NCBI GenBank assembly: GCA_035444565.1
Contig: DAOMOX010000002.1
Span: 105,335-169,334 of the forward strand
Length of the DNA stretch: 64,000 bases
Direction: 5' to 3'
DNA from: Candidatus Dojkabacteria bacterium
GTDB taxonomy: Bacteria > Patescibacteriota > Dojkabacteria > B142 > OLB20
The notes under the pieces are model-generated. The model saw only the letters and a program-made list of their open reading frames with translations, was not told where the DNA came from and did no database searches. The stretch's first letter is position 1; each line of letters starts with the position of its first letter. The translations under genes were made by a program, and so were the position numbers. This document shows positions 1 to 10,589 of this stretch, piece by piece.

Positions 1-934
1 TCTGAGGCATATCTCGATAACTCCTTGGGATATGAGCGAAAATTTGAGTATGATGAGGACAATTCATAGGCTTAATTGCCATTTCTTCTCCATCCCTGGT
101 CTGTAATCTAAACAAATCTTCTGCGTATTTGGTCCAATGTCCACTTGTCTCATAAAGGGCTTTTTTGGTGATATGTGGAACAGTAACCTTCTCGTAACCT
201 TTGGCTTTTCTTAATTCCCATACATATTGATCTAATAAATCCCTTAATATTGTTCCCTTCGGTGTCCACATTGGTAATCCGGGACCGACCAGTTCTGAAA
301 AAGTAAACAAATCAAGTTGTTGACCAAGTTTTCTATGATCCCTTTTTTTTGCTTCTTCTTTCTGCCATAAAAATTTCTCAAGCTCTTCCTTAGAGAAAAA
401 TGCAGTACCATAAACTCTTGTTAACATTTCATTCTTTTCATCTCCCTTCCAATAAGCCCCTGCAATATTTAATACTTTGAATGCCTTGATTTCTCCAGTA
501 GAATCGATATGAGGGCCTTTGCATAAATCCACGAACACGTCACCAGTATAATAGACAGATAAACTTTCTCCAGTTTTTACGAACTCAGTTATAAGCTCTT
601 GTTTGAACGGATTATCTTTGAAAAGCTCTCTCGCTTCTTCCTCACTAACGTCTTTTCTACTTATCTGTAAATCGGCATCAATAATCTCTTTCATTTTAGC
701 TTCAATCTTCTCGAAATCTTCTTCTGTTGGTGCCACTTCCCATCTCGAGTCATTATAAAAGCCCTCTGAGATTGCAGGGCCAATAGCTCTTTTAATTTTT
801 CCAGGCCAAATCTCCTCGATTGCCTGATTGAAAACATGCTCAGTTGTATGTCTTAATTTGTAAAGTTTGAAATCTTCTTCATTTCTGACATAGTCAGGAA
901 GCAGATTTTTAAAATCTTCGTAATTGTCGTTCAT
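1..934 (-). CDS. thrS: threonine--tRNA ligase (N-terminal part; runs off window start)
   Basis: Manual translation from ATG at 934: MNDNYEDF..KLRHTTEHVF..DLCKGPH..GAYWKGDEKNEMLTRVYG..RDHRKLG..SGHW..KPMNCPHH, which are ThrRS editing and catalytic motifs. Confidence 0.97.
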   Translation of the reverse strand, partial: MNDNYEDFKNLLPDYVRNEEDFKLYKLRHTTEHVFNQAIEEIWPGKIKRAIGPAISEGFYNDSRWEVAPTEEDFEKIEAKMKEIIDADLQISRKDVSEEEARELFKDNPFKQELITEFVKTGESLSVYYTGDVFVDLCKGPHIDSTGEIKAFKVLNIAGAYWKGDEKNEMLTRVYGTAFFSKEELEKFLWQKEEAKKRDHRKLGQQLDLFTFSELVGPGLPMWTPKGTILRDLLDQYVWELRKAKGYEKVTVPHITKKALYETSGHWTKYAEDLFRLQTRDGEEMAIKPMNCPHHTQIFAHIPRSYRDMPQ

Positions 935-992
935 CGAAAATTGTTAATAATTAATTTTTACGTCTCATTAGCACCTAAACCATACAAATGCT

Positions 993-1135
993 AAAAGACC
1001 CTTTACTTATCTATTAATAGATTAGTCAAGGGTCTTCGAGGACGGTTCCACCTTTAGTTTAACTTTAGGTAATATTTGATTGTATGGTATGAACTTTTTA
1101 GAAAATTTTCACTAATATTTTCTTCTCTGCGTTTT
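993..1135 (-). promoter_or_regulatory. T-box riboswitch-like leader of thrS
   Basis: Minus strand reads AAGG-TGGAACC-GTC-ctcgaa-GAC-CCTT (antiterminator with 7-nt UGGN-ACC bulge, 1028-1054). It overlaps a competing hairpin AAGACCCTT..AAGGGTCTTTT and lies upstream of an aaRS gene. Confidence 0.75.
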
Positions 1136-1209
1136 TAATTTAGTGTATATTATAAACAATTTGATAGTACAAAATCAAAAAAGTAATTTATACCAAGTGA
1201 AACTGTCCA

Positions 1210-2460
1210 ATGTCCCTTAAAGTTCTTATGTTCGGGTGGGAGTTAGCTCCCATAGTTTATGGAGGATTAGGGGTTGTCTGTCGTTCAATAACAGAAAGAC
1301 TTATTCAATCTAACATCCGGGTCACGTATGTTATTCCGAAGTTGCCGGTACCTATCGACATCCCTAATTTAAATTTAGTAAACGCATCCGAAATTGTATT
1401 GGACGAAAAAATGTTTAGAAAATTATCGATCGACTCCACTTTAACCCCTTACGTTAATAACGAAAGTTATTCCCAATTTGTCAATTTCCTTCGTAAAAAC
1501 CACATAGGTGAACAAAATTCAGATGTCTACGGGATGGACTTATTTACAGAGGTGGAGAGATATTCTTACCGAGCAAGAGATCTCGTCAAATCTGCTGATT
1601 TTGATGTGATTCATTGTCATGATTGGATGACCTTCAAAGCAGGAGTCTTCGCTAAACAAATCTCGGGCAAACCACTTATTGTCCACGTTCATGCTACAGA
1701 ATATGATAGATCGGCCGGAAACCCAAACCCAGCAGTATTAGACTACGAGAGGTTTGGTCTAGAAAATGCTGACAAAATCATAGCTGTATCAAATTTCACA
1801 AAAGAAAAAATAGTAGAAAAATACAATATTGATCCATCGAAAATTAGAGTAGTTCATAACGCAATAGAGAAAAATATTACGAATAGTTCTGTCAGACCAG
1901 AAATGACAAAACAAAAAGATGAAAAGATGATATTATTCCTTGGAAGACTCACAATTGCTAAAGGAGCAGATTATTTACTCCAAGCAGCTCAGAAAGTAAT
2001 CAAAATTATTCCTGAAGCAAAGTTTGTATTCGTAGGAAAAGGTGAGATGATCAAAGAATTGATAGACATGAGTATAGAACTTGGTATTTCAGAGAATATT
2101 GTATTCACCGGATGGTTAAATCACGAACAAGTTGACCAAGCATACAAACAAGCGGATTTGTTTGTGATGCCCTCGATTACAGAGCCATTTGGACTAACAG
2201 CACTTGAGGCTATGAGGAATGGAACGCCAGTGCTGTTATCAAGACAAAGCGGAGTGAGCGAAGTTGTACAAAATTGTCTAAAAGTTGATTTCTGGGATAT
2301 TGATGCAATGGCAAATAAAATTCTATCAGTACTTAGATATCAACCTTTACAAGAAACGTTACGTGAAAATGGTAACCACGATGTGAACCATCTAAGTTGG
2401 GAATCACAAACAAATAAAATTATCGATTTATATAACGAATTGATTGTTAATGAAAATTAA
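1210..2460 (+). CDS. GT4 family glycosyltransferase (glycogen synthase-like)
   Basis: GWELAP..GGLG, IHCHDW, HVHATE, EPFGLTALEAM motifs. Confidence 0.9.
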   Translation: MSLKVLMFGWELAPIVYGGLGVVCRSITERLIQSNIRVTYVIPKLPVPIDIPNLNLVNASEIVLDEKMFRKLSIDSTLTPYVNNESYSQFVNFLRKNHIGEQNSDVYGMDLFTEVERYSYRARDLVKSADFDVIHCHDWMTFKAGVFAKQISGKPLIVHVHATEYDRSAGNPNPAVLDYERFGLENADKIIAVSNFTKEKIVEKYNIDPSKIRVVHNAIEKNITNSSVRPEMTKQKDEKMILFLGRLTIAKGADYLLQAAQKVIKIIPEAKFVFVGKGEMIKELIDMSIELGISENIVFTGWLNHEQVDQAYKQADLFVMPSITEPFGLTALEAMRNGTPVLLSRQSGVSEVVQNCLKVDFWDIDAMANKILSVLRYQPLQETLRENGNHDVNHLSWESQTNKIIDLYNELIVNEN

Positions 2461-3772
2461 GGAAAACACAAATTATAGAAAGTCCGTATGTTTCTACTTC
2501 CAGGTACACCAACCTTTACGCCTTACACAGTTTAATTACTTTAACAAAGGCAATACAAGTGGTTATTTCAAAGGGGATTTGCCACACACAAATAAATTTT
2601 TCATAGAGAAAGTCGGAAAGAAAAGTTACCACCCTACTAACAATTTGTTGCTTAATTTATTAGCAAATCACAAAGAATTTAAATGTAGCTTCTCTATCTC
2701 AGGTATCGCCCTTGAACAGTTCGAGAAATATGACCCAACATTGATTGAAAGCTTCCAAAGCTTGGTCAAGACCCGCAGAGTTGAACTACTAAGTGAGACT
2801 TATTACCATTCACTTAGCTGGATCTACTCAAAACAAGAATTCGCAGAACAAATAATTCTACACAGAAAGAAAATTTATAAACTTTTCAAAAAACGACCCA
2901 AAGTATTTCGTAATACTGAATTGATTTATAATAATGAACTTGCCAATTTCATTAGAAAAATGGGATTTGATGCGATACTTGCTGAAGGTTGGGATTACTA
3001 TTTAAAGTCAAAATCACCTAACTACGTCTACAATGCTCCGAAATTCGACTTACATCCCGAAGATGAAAAGATTATCAGAAATTACAAGATTAAAGACAGA
3101 GCAAATCGTAAAATCGCCCTACTCTTGAAAAATTACAAGCTTTCGGATGACATCGCATTTAGATTTTCCGATGTAAATTGGAAAGAACATCCCCTTAGTG
3201 TTGAGAAATTCGTGGATTGGGTTGAACAAGCAGATGGGGAGACTATTAACCTATTCATGGATTACGAAACTTTCGGAGAACATCAATGGGAAGACAGCGG
3301 TATTTTCAAATTCTTGGAAATGTTGCCTGCAGAACTTATTAGGAGAGGTATAGGTTTTCGAACTCCGAGCGAAACAGTGAGAGATTTTGAAGCAAGAGAC
3401 GAAATTGATATTCATAATCTAATATCATGGGCAGATATTGAGAGGGACTTATCAGCTTGGTTAGGAAATAAAATGCAAAGACATGCAGCTGACCAAATAT
3501 ACAAATATGAGCAACTGGTAAGAAGTGCAATTGGAACAATTTCTGACAAATTAACCAAACGAAAACTTCTTTCTACTTGGAGAAAGTTACAAACCTCAGA
3601 CCATTTTTACTACATGTCGACGAAATATTGGAATGACGGAGATATTCATAAATACTTCAGTCCATATGAGTCACCTTACGATGCATATATTAACTACATG
3701 AATGTCGTAAGTGATTTTAGCGATAAGCTAAAGCAAATGGTCAGTTATAAATCCTACTTGAAAAATGATTAA
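2450..3772 (+). CDS. GH57 family alpha-amylase/glucanotransferase
   Basis: FQVHQP, ETYYHSL, FRNTELIY, FMDYETFGEH, QTSDHFYYM GH57 motifs; overlaps upstream gene. Confidence 0.92.
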   Translation: MKIKENTNYRKSVCFYFQVHQPLRLTQFNYFNKGNTSGYFKGDLPHTNKFFIEKVGKKSYHPTNNLLLNLLANHKEFKCSFSISGIALEQFEKYDPTLIESFQSLVKTRRVELLSETYYHSLSWIYSKQEFAEQIILHRKKIYKLFKKRPKVFRNTELIYNNELANFIRKMGFDAILAEGWDYYLKSKSPNYVYNAPKFDLHPEDEKIIRNYKIKDRANRKIALLLKNYKLSDDIAFRFSDVNWKEHPLSVEKFVDWVEQADGETINLFMDYETFGEHQWEDSGIFKFLEMLPAELIRRGIGFRTPSETVRDFEARDEIDIHNLISWADIERDLSAWLGNKMQRHAADQIYKYEQLVRSAIGTISDKLTKRKLLSTWRKLQTSDHFYYMSTKYWNDGDIHKYFSPYESPYDAYINYMNVVSDFSDKLKQMVSYKSYLKND

Positions 3773-5693
3773 TTTTGGTTCATACCAAAGAGAATTCCTT
3801 ATTACAAATAAGCTGGGTACGTATTCATCAGCTAATTTCCTCTATGGCAACACAAGAAAATATCATTCTCTACTTGCTAGTACTCAAGGGCATCTTAGTA
3901 GAACAAATGTATTAAATAGGGTACTTGATCGTATCGAGACAACACAAGGCGATTTCGCACTTTCTACAAATATTTATCAAAATTATCACTTTGATCCCGA
4001 AGGATTCCGAAACATTGCAAATTTCGAGTTCGAACCACTCCCAAAGTGGTTGTATAGAGTTCCGGGTATTAGTATCGAGAAAACAATAATGTTACTCTCA
4101 GAGGATGATACACTTCTCATAAAATACAACATTAACTCATCAACAGCAGGAAAATTATTTTTGTCACCACTAATAAATATCAGAGATATTCATGAAAATG
4201 GAACTAATGAGGCGTTCAAAAATTACAAATTATTGTCTTTGGGTAATTATGGGAATGTAACATCAGAACAAAACCTTTCCATTAAATTTATTTCAGACAG
4301 TGCGAGATTCATACTTAAACCAGATACATATTTTCACATCTATTACCCGGACGAAGAGCAAAGAGGTTACAATCCGTATGAAGACTTATTTATGCCGGGA
4401 CATTTCGAATCAAACTTCATAGCTGGTGAGACAGATCACTATTTTGCATTTCATTTCAATCAAACGACTGAAGAAAACAAAATTGAAGATATGTGGCAAG
4501 ACGAATACGATAGATACTACTCCGATTCCGTGGTTAAACCACGGAATGACCTTGAGAAATCCTTGTTATCCCAGAGCGACAAACTGAAAATCTCCAGTGC
4601 TAAACACACAGGAATTGTAGCGGGATATCACTGGTTTGACGAATGGGCAAGAGATACATTTATTTCAATTCATGGTTTGGCACTTTCTCAGAATGACTTT
4701 GATTTTGCAAAGAAATTATTCGTGGAATGGGGTAAAAGTTTTCAAGATGGAATGCTTCCGAATCGATTGTTCATTAACAAAATCATGAATTCAGTAGATG
4801 GGATGTTTTGGTTTGTGGTTCGCTTGTATGAATACGTTGAAATGACCTCGGATTATGATACAGCCAAATTGTTACTACCCAATATTGAAGAAATTTTTAC
4901 AAGTATTTTAGAAGGTAAAAACAAACTTCATATCACTTCTGATGGTTTTCTCTCTGATGATAGCATAACAGAAGCACGTACATGGATGGATGCCATTGTC
5001 GAGGGCAAATCCGTAACCGATAGAAGTGGATGCGCAGTCGAGATTCAAGCACTCTGGTACAACTATCTAAGAATATTAATAATTTTCAAAGAAAAATTCG
5101 AGGATCGAACTCATTTAAATCAACTAAAAGACTTAAAAGTCACAATTGAACAAAATTTCGAAGAGAAGTTTTGGAATCAATCAACAAACTGCTTATATGA
5201 CGTCATTGGGTTAAAAGAATTAGACAAATCTATCCGACCAAACCAAATAATAGCTTTATATCTTCCATTTAAACTCCTCACAAGCAAGAGAAGTAAAATG
5301 ATTTTAGCTACTATTGAGCAAAAACTACTTACTGATGTCGGATTAAGAACATTATCTCGAGAAGACGAAAAATATATTGGTGATTACTCTGGAAATCAGA
5401 AACAGAGAGATATAAGCTACCATCAGGGCACAATTTGGCCATATTTATTGGGGTTCTACTTAGTCTCCTATCTTAAAACCTACAATTACTCTTCATCAAG
5501 TATGAAGTATGTAGATGAAAAGCTAAAGAGTTTTAATGAAAGCATTCAATCAAAAAACTTAAAGTATATTCCTGAGGTCTTTAGTGCAGATTTAGTAGAA
5601 CCAAACGGATGTTTACTTCAAGCTTGGAGCGTTGCAACGTTGTTGGAAACAATTTATTATTTAAAGATTAATAGCGATATTCATGTCAACTAG
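3765..5693 (+). CDS. glycogen debranching enzyme (amylo-alpha-1,6-glucosidase)
   Basis: REFLITN..TRKYH, AGYHWF..WARDTFIS, TWMDA, VEIQALWYN, RPNQ, YHQGTIWP, QAWSVA. Confidence 0.92.
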   Translation: MINFGSYQREFLITNKLGTYSSANFLYGNTRKYHSLLASTQGHLSRTNVLNRVLDRIETTQGDFALSTNIYQNYHFDPEGFRNIANFEFEPLPKWLYRVPGISIEKTIMLLSEDDTLLIKYNINSSTAGKLFLSPLINIRDIHENGTNEAFKNYKLLSLGNYGNVTSEQNLSIKFISDSARFILKPDTYFHIYYPDEEQRGYNPYEDLFMPGHFESNFIAGETDHYFAFHFNQTTEENKIEDMWQDEYDRYYSDSVVKPRNDLEKSLLSQSDKLKISSAKHTGIVAGYHWFDEWARDTFISIHGLALSQNDFDFAKKLFVEWGKSFQDGMLPNRLFINKIMNSVDGMFWFVVRLYEYVEMTSDYDTAKLLLPNIEEIFTSILEGKNKLHITSDGFLSDDSITEARTWMDAIVEGKSVTDRSGCAVEIQALWYNYLRILIIFKEKFEDRTHLNQLKDLKVTIEQNFEEKFWNQSTNCLYDVIGLKELDKSIRPNQIIALYLPFKLLTSKRSKMILATIEQKLLTDVGLRTLSREDEKYIGDYSGNQKQRDISYHQGTIWPYLLGFYLVSYLKTYNYSSSSMKYVDEKLKSFNESIQSKNLKYIPEVFSADLVEPNGCLLQAWSVATLLETIYYLKINSDIHVN

Positions 5694-7659
5694 TTTAGTA
5701 CTTGGAAACGGATCCACTCTTGTAAATATAGATGATGACTTAAATCTGAAAGATTTCTATTGGCCTTTTGTTGGAGAAGCAAATCATTTGAGTGAGAAAG
5801 CTAACGAGATTTTCTTTCTAATTGATGGGAATATAGTCCATCTCAATAAAGATAACTTCATTATCAAAACCAGTTATTTTGATAACTCACTCGTCTCAAG
5901 TTCAACAGCTATTAGCGAATTGTATAGACTGGAAATCACATTTACAGATTTCGTTCTTTACGATAAGGACGTATTCCTCAGAAAGATGAACATCGTAAAC
6001 AAAGATGAAGAATATCGTGAAATCAAAGTTTTCTTCAAACACAACTATTATATGAGAGAAGATGACAGTGGAAATACAGCGACATGGTATGAGCCCGCAA
6101 AAATTATGTGCCACTACAAAAAAAATTCATATCTAGGAATGGGTTTTTGTTCAAAGGTTCACGAATACACCTGTGCAGCACCAAATGACAATAATAACAA
6201 AGGTGCATTTCCAGACAGTGAAGGTAAGTTAGCTTTTAACCCCGTTAGTACAGGCACATCTCAATCATGCATTTCTTCTTTACTGAAGATTCAAGGAAAT
6301 TCATCGGAAAAACTCGAATATTTTATCGTTTGTGGTCAGAACTACAATGAAATCGCAGATTTAGCAAGGTTTATACGTAAAGCAGACAGGAAGAATATCG
6401 AAGAAAAAACCAACTACTTCTGGCAAAATTGGCTTAATCCAAAAACAAACATCAAGTTTTATAAGGATGAAGAAAAGAATCGTCAACTTGAAACGCTTTA
6501 TACGAGATCCCTATTAATATTAAGAACTCAGACCGACAACAACGGTGCAATAATTGCAGCAAACGACTCAACATTCGTCAAACAAGGTGGAAAAGATTCG
6601 TATTCATACATGTGGCCAAGAGATGGAGCACATACAGCAATGGCGTACATCGAAGCCGGTTATCCCGAATTAGCAAAGAATTTCTTTTTATTTTGTGAAA
6701 AAGTCATAACAAAAGAAGGCTTTTTACATCATAAATACTATTCCGACCTCTCCAAAGGTATCGGTAGTAGCTGGCATCCATGGGTAGACAAATATGGAAA
6801 CGAACAACTACCTATCCAAGAGGACGAGACAGCCGGTGTTATAGTTGCATTAAACAAATATTATCAACACTATGAAGATCGCGGACTCATCACAGAACTT
6901 TGGAATTCTTTCATTGTACCTGCCCTGAACTTTCTCATCGATTATAGATTTCTAAGTAACAATCTTACTGATAATCATCCAATAGGTTTTAAACTTGCCG
7001 GCTCTATGCTCCCAAAGCCTAGCTACGACATTTGGGAAATTCACTGGGGAGTTCATAGCTATACCATAGCCATGGTTTACTCTGCTTTGAAAGCTGGAGC
7101 ACAGTTGGCCGAAAGTATGAAGTACGAACATCTAATAGAGTCATGTGCACAAGCTGCTGACAGCATAAAAGAAGCATACGAAAAGTACTTTTATGATGAG
7201 AAAGACAGTACTTTCATAAATAGTATCTATTGCGATCCACATCATACAAAATCACGAATTGACAAGTTGTCAGATGCATCTATACACGCTCTGTGGATGT
7301 ATGGAATGTTCGACATTGACGACAAACGTATTAAATCCACTATTGAGAAAATTGAGGCTGATTTGTGGCTTGATACTGAGGTGGGTGGAATTGCTAGAAA
7401 AATGGAAGATCACTACATGCTTATAGATAAATCCCTCCCCGGTAACCCTTGGTTTATCTCTGCTCTATGGATGGTTCAATACTATTTAAAAATTGGAGAC
7501 AAATCAAAGGCCACTAGATATCTTGACTGGGTAATCGATCATACTGACCACACAGGCCTCATGGCCGAACAAGCTCATCCTCATACAGGGTTCGGACTTT
7601 CTATGAAACCGCTAACCTGGTCACATTCCGAGTTTGTGAGAACACTTAATTTGACCTAA
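5683..7659 (+). CDS. GH15 family glucoamylase
   Basis: YSYMWPRDGA, IQEDETA, SYDIWE, GNPWFI, AEQ..PLTWSHSEF. Confidence 0.9.
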   Translation: MSTSLVLGNGSTLVNIDDDLNLKDFYWPFVGEANHLSEKANEIFFLIDGNIVHLNKDNFIIKTSYFDNSLVSSSTAISELYRLEITFTDFVLYDKDVFLRKMNIVNKDEEYREIKVFFKHNYYMREDDSGNTATWYEPAKIMCHYKKNSYLGMGFCSKVHEYTCAAPNDNNNKGAFPDSEGKLAFNPVSTGTSQSCISSLLKIQGNSSEKLEYFIVCGQNYNEIADLARFIRKADRKNIEEKTNYFWQNWLNPKTNIKFYKDEEKNRQLETLYTRSLLILRTQTDNNGAIIAANDSTFVKQGGKDSYSYMWPRDGAHTAMAYIEAGYPELAKNFFLFCEKVITKEGFLHHKYYSDLSKGIGSSWHPWVDKYGNEQLPIQEDETAGVIVALNKYYQHYEDRGLITELWNSFIVPALNFLIDYRFLSNNLTDNHPIGFKLAGSMLPKPSYDIWEIHWGVHSYTIAMVYSALKAGAQLAESMKYEHLIESCAQAADSIKEAYEKYFYDEKDSTFINSIYCDPHHTKSRIDKLSDASIHALWMYGMFDIDDKRIKSTIEKIEADLWLDTEVGGIARKMEDHYMLIDKSLPGNPWFISALWMVQYYLKIGDKSKATRYLDWVIDHTDHTGLMAEQAHPHTGFGLSMKPLTWSHSEFVRTLNLT

Positions 7660-7729
7660 CACCATCAAATATTTGATTTTCCAGACAAAGGTAGTTGTAT
7701 GATATAATTAATATATATACTATCTTGGA

Positions 7730-8278
7730 ATGTTAGACAAATTAAAACATACCTTTTCTCGAGCAGAAGAGTTCTACAATAATAGAATCAATGGAAATCT
7801 CGGCTACAACTTAATGTTAACAGCAGGACTTATACTAGGTAATTTAAATATGAACAAAGCATATTTGACCGGTTTTGATGGAAATATTGATGCGTTTGCC
7901 TCCGTCTGGTTATCGAATGCTCTTTTAGTAACCGCTTTTGCTTCCCCATTCATTGGTATAGGACTAGATATAAAAAATAGATTAATTCCTGCAAGAAAAG
8001 AATACACAATTGCACATCAAGAAGGAAATCTCGACATAATTGACGAAAAATATAAATTTCTAGAATCTCAAAATAAAATAATGTTTAGAAATTTTTTGAT
8101 AAACTTACTTCCTCTTATTGGTTTCGCAGGATTTACATCACCAGATTTGTTCAATGGAAATCTAAATCCAGATAATATAACTCCAACTCCTCATCTAGCA
8201 CCACAATTTGATTTACCTGCACCAGAAGTAATTCCAAATGCCCCTAAATTACCCAAGGGATTTGATCTAAGAGCCTAG
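7730..8278 (+). CDS. hypothetical membrane protein with Pro-rich C-terminus
   Basis: 182-aa ORF with hydrophobic segments; TGATATAAT upstream. Confidence 0.6.
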   Translation: MLDKLKHTFSRAEEFYNNRINGNLGYNLMLTAGLILGNLNMNKAYLTGFDGNIDAFASVWLSNALLVTAFASPFIGIGLDIKNRLIPARKEYTIAHQEGNLDIIDEKYKFLESQNKIMFRNFLINLLPLIGFAGFTSPDLFNGNLNPDNITPTPHLAPQFDLPAPEVIPNAPKLPKGFDLRA

Positions 8279-8302
8279 ATAATTATTGAGTCTGTTTAAT
8301 AT

Positions 8303-8495
8303 CCATGACTTGATCTCGCGTATGTTACTAGACGGGACGAATCTCTAGGTAGTAATTTTCCGAGTAATAATGGTAGGTATTCGTGAGAAAGAAATCCCTA
8401 TTCTGTCATTAAATGGTGGGATTGAAGGGATATTTTTTTGTTTTACGTTTGCAAGAGATCCCCTCCCGTCATCTTAATGGTAGGATCGAAGGGAA
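8303..8495. repeat. REP/REPIN-like palindromic element
   Basis: Left arm ccatgacttgatc..gacgggacgaatctct and right arm agagatcccctcccgtc..ggatcgaaggga; same arms recur at 17645, 42322 and 45304. Confidence 0.7.
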
Positions 8496-8607
8496 ATCAT
8501 AACCCGCTGAGTTCTGAACTCTTAATTCTGAATGTTCCATTTCCTTTATACCTCTTTGACACAGAGTAATTCACTATGATATATAATATTAAAATTAATC
8601 AATATTA

Positions 8608-9000
8608 ATGGATATGGAAGAAGAAAATACACAATTAAAAAAGACCGAACCTCCTGTTGGACAATTTCTAAAAGATTATGCCCCTGGTTCAAGTCTTGAA
8701 ACTCTTAAGCATGATGAAAAAGTGGAGTCGAAATCTGGGAGATTTGGCTTTAGGGAACAAATGGCTCTAATAACGGGATTGAATATTGGTCTTGGAATTA
8801 TCTTTTCAACAACTGATATGTCGGTGCCCGGTAACTCAGCAAATTTGTTAGCCTTCTTAGGGACAGCCTTTGCAGGCGAACTATCAGTAGTCCCATCTCT
8901 ATACGCTAGATCCGCCAGGAATTTCTGGGACAAAGTGTTTGCAATAGCACCATTCGCTTCGATAGTTGGCACACCTGTTGTAACATCGATGATTAACTAA
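8608..9000 (+). CDS. hypothetical membrane protein
   Basis: 130-aa ORF, charged N-terminus followed by about 3 hydrophobic segments. Confidence 0.55.
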   Translation: MDMEEENTQLKKTEPPVGQFLKDYAPGSSLETLKHDEKVESKSGRFGFREQMALITGLNIGLGIIFSTTDMSVPGNSANLLAFLGTAFAGELSVVPSLYARSARNFWDKVFAIAPFASIVGTPVVTSMIN

Positions 9001-9075
9001 CTTGTAGATTTTTCCAAATTGATTTTTTAGAACAGACGAGAAGAAAAAGTTACTGAATTCTTAATTCTAAATATT

Positions 9076-10476
9076 TCAAGTGTTTACCACCACCATCTTC
9101 CCCCTCGTCATCAAGTCTAGTGTTTCAATCGTACCTTGCATTAATTGACCTGAGTCTTTCACTCCTCCAAACGGGAAATTGTCAGGACCACGATCTGGTT
9201 TGGCATTGATTTGAACTGTGCCGACTTCTAATTTGTCAGACAATCTGAATGCTTGGTTGATGTCTTTTGTGTATAGACTTGCTTGTAGACCGTAAGGCGA
9301 ACCATTTACCAATTTGATTAGCTCTTCTTCTGTTTCATATTTTCCAATTGGTAGTAATGGACCAAATTGCTCTTCGTAGAATACTCTCATATCTGGATTT
9401 ACATTCGAGACAACTGCTGGTGAGAGTTTGTTTGATTCATGGGTTGGTGATACGTTTACCTCTGCACCTTTTGAAGTAGCATCATTATATAATTCCATTA
9501 CATAGTTCGAAGCTGACTCATCAATCATAGGATTTAATTCTAATTTCTTTACCTCTTCTGCAACTCTGTGAGTAAATTCGTCATATTGCGAATTATGTAC
9601 TATTGCTAACTTCTGTGCAGTACAACGTTGCCCACAGTAGGAGAATGCGCCTTTGACAATTTCCTTCACGGCTAACTCTAAATCTGCATTTTCTGTTACG
9701 ACTCCAATATCTTTGCCTCCCAACTCTAACAACAGAGGAACACCAAGAGATACTTTACGGATATGATTACCAACTTCGGTGCTTCCGGTAAATGCAATTA
9801 ATTTTACCAATGGATGCGTCAAAAGTGGATCGCCGATTTCTTTCGAACTACCACTCACAATATTTAGAACGCCATTTGGTAACCCAGCATCCACAAAATG
9901 TTTATAGAATTCGTAGCTTGTATACGAACCTTGTGTAGAAGGTTTGAGAACAACTGTATTTCCTGATAATAATGCAGGTGCTACTTTTGTGATTGACAAG
10001 TTGATTGGATAATTGAAAGGAGAAATCGCCAGAACAACTCCAAGGGGTACTCTTGAGTAAATCCCAGTTTTCTTATTCCGTGGATATTTTGGATCAATAT
10101 CACCATAATAGAGTGTGCCCTTCCAGTGTTTCATCGCAGAGAGCATGAGCTCCATGTAATCAATGGATCTATTTATCTCACTTCTGGCATCATCTTCAAA
10201 TTTCCCAATTTCTTTATGAAGTAACTGTGATAACCTTTCTGAGTCTTCTCTCAAACTTTTAATTGCTTTGGTAAAAATTTCAGTTCTATCCGAAAGATTA
10301 CTGTATCTCCAAGTCTGGAAAGCCTCATCTGAACTATCAACAGCAGTTTCTGCTTGTGCCTTACTAGCAGATGCTACAGAAACAAATGTTTGTAAATCCC
10401 AAGGTGACTTGATCTCAATATTACCCTGTTCACCTTCTAAATTTTGACCGTTTATTATTAATTTTTGATTTTCCAT
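9076..10476 (-). CDS. gapN: aldehyde dehydrogenase, probably non-phosphorylating NADP-GAPDH
   Basis: PLGVVLAISPFNYPINL, FTGSTEVG, LELGGKD, FSYCGQRCTA, EEQFGP, RGPDNFPFGGVKDSG. Confidence 0.8.
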   Translation of the reverse strand: MENQKLIINGQNLEGEQGNIEIKSPWDLQTFVSVASASKAQAETAVDSSDEAFQTWRYSNLSDRTEIFTKAIKSLREDSERLSQLLHKEIGKFEDDARSEINRSIDYMELMLSAMKHWKGTLYYGDIDPKYPRNKKTGIYSRVPLGVVLAISPFNYPINLSITKVAPALLSGNTVVLKPSTQGSYTSYEFYKHFVDAGLPNGVLNIVSGSSKEIGDPLLTHPLVKLIAFTGSTEVGNHIRKVSLGVPLLLELGGKDIGVVTENADLELAVKEIVKGAFSYCGQRCTAQKLAIVHNSQYDEFTHRVAEEVKKLELNPMIDESASNYVMELYNDATSKGAEVNVSPTHESNKLSPAVVSNVNPDMRVFYEEQFGPLLPIGKYETEEELIKLVNGSPYGLQASLYTKDINQAFRLSDKLEVGTVQINAKPDRGPDNFPFGGVKDSGQLMQGTIETLDLMTRGKMVVVNT

Positions 10477-10589
10477 AATTTATAGATTGTTTACAAAATT
10501 TTGATTATAGGAGTAATTAATATAAATAATATAGCCGATTGCTATAAGTATTAGAATTATTAATATAATAGTTTTATGATATTCTTTCA

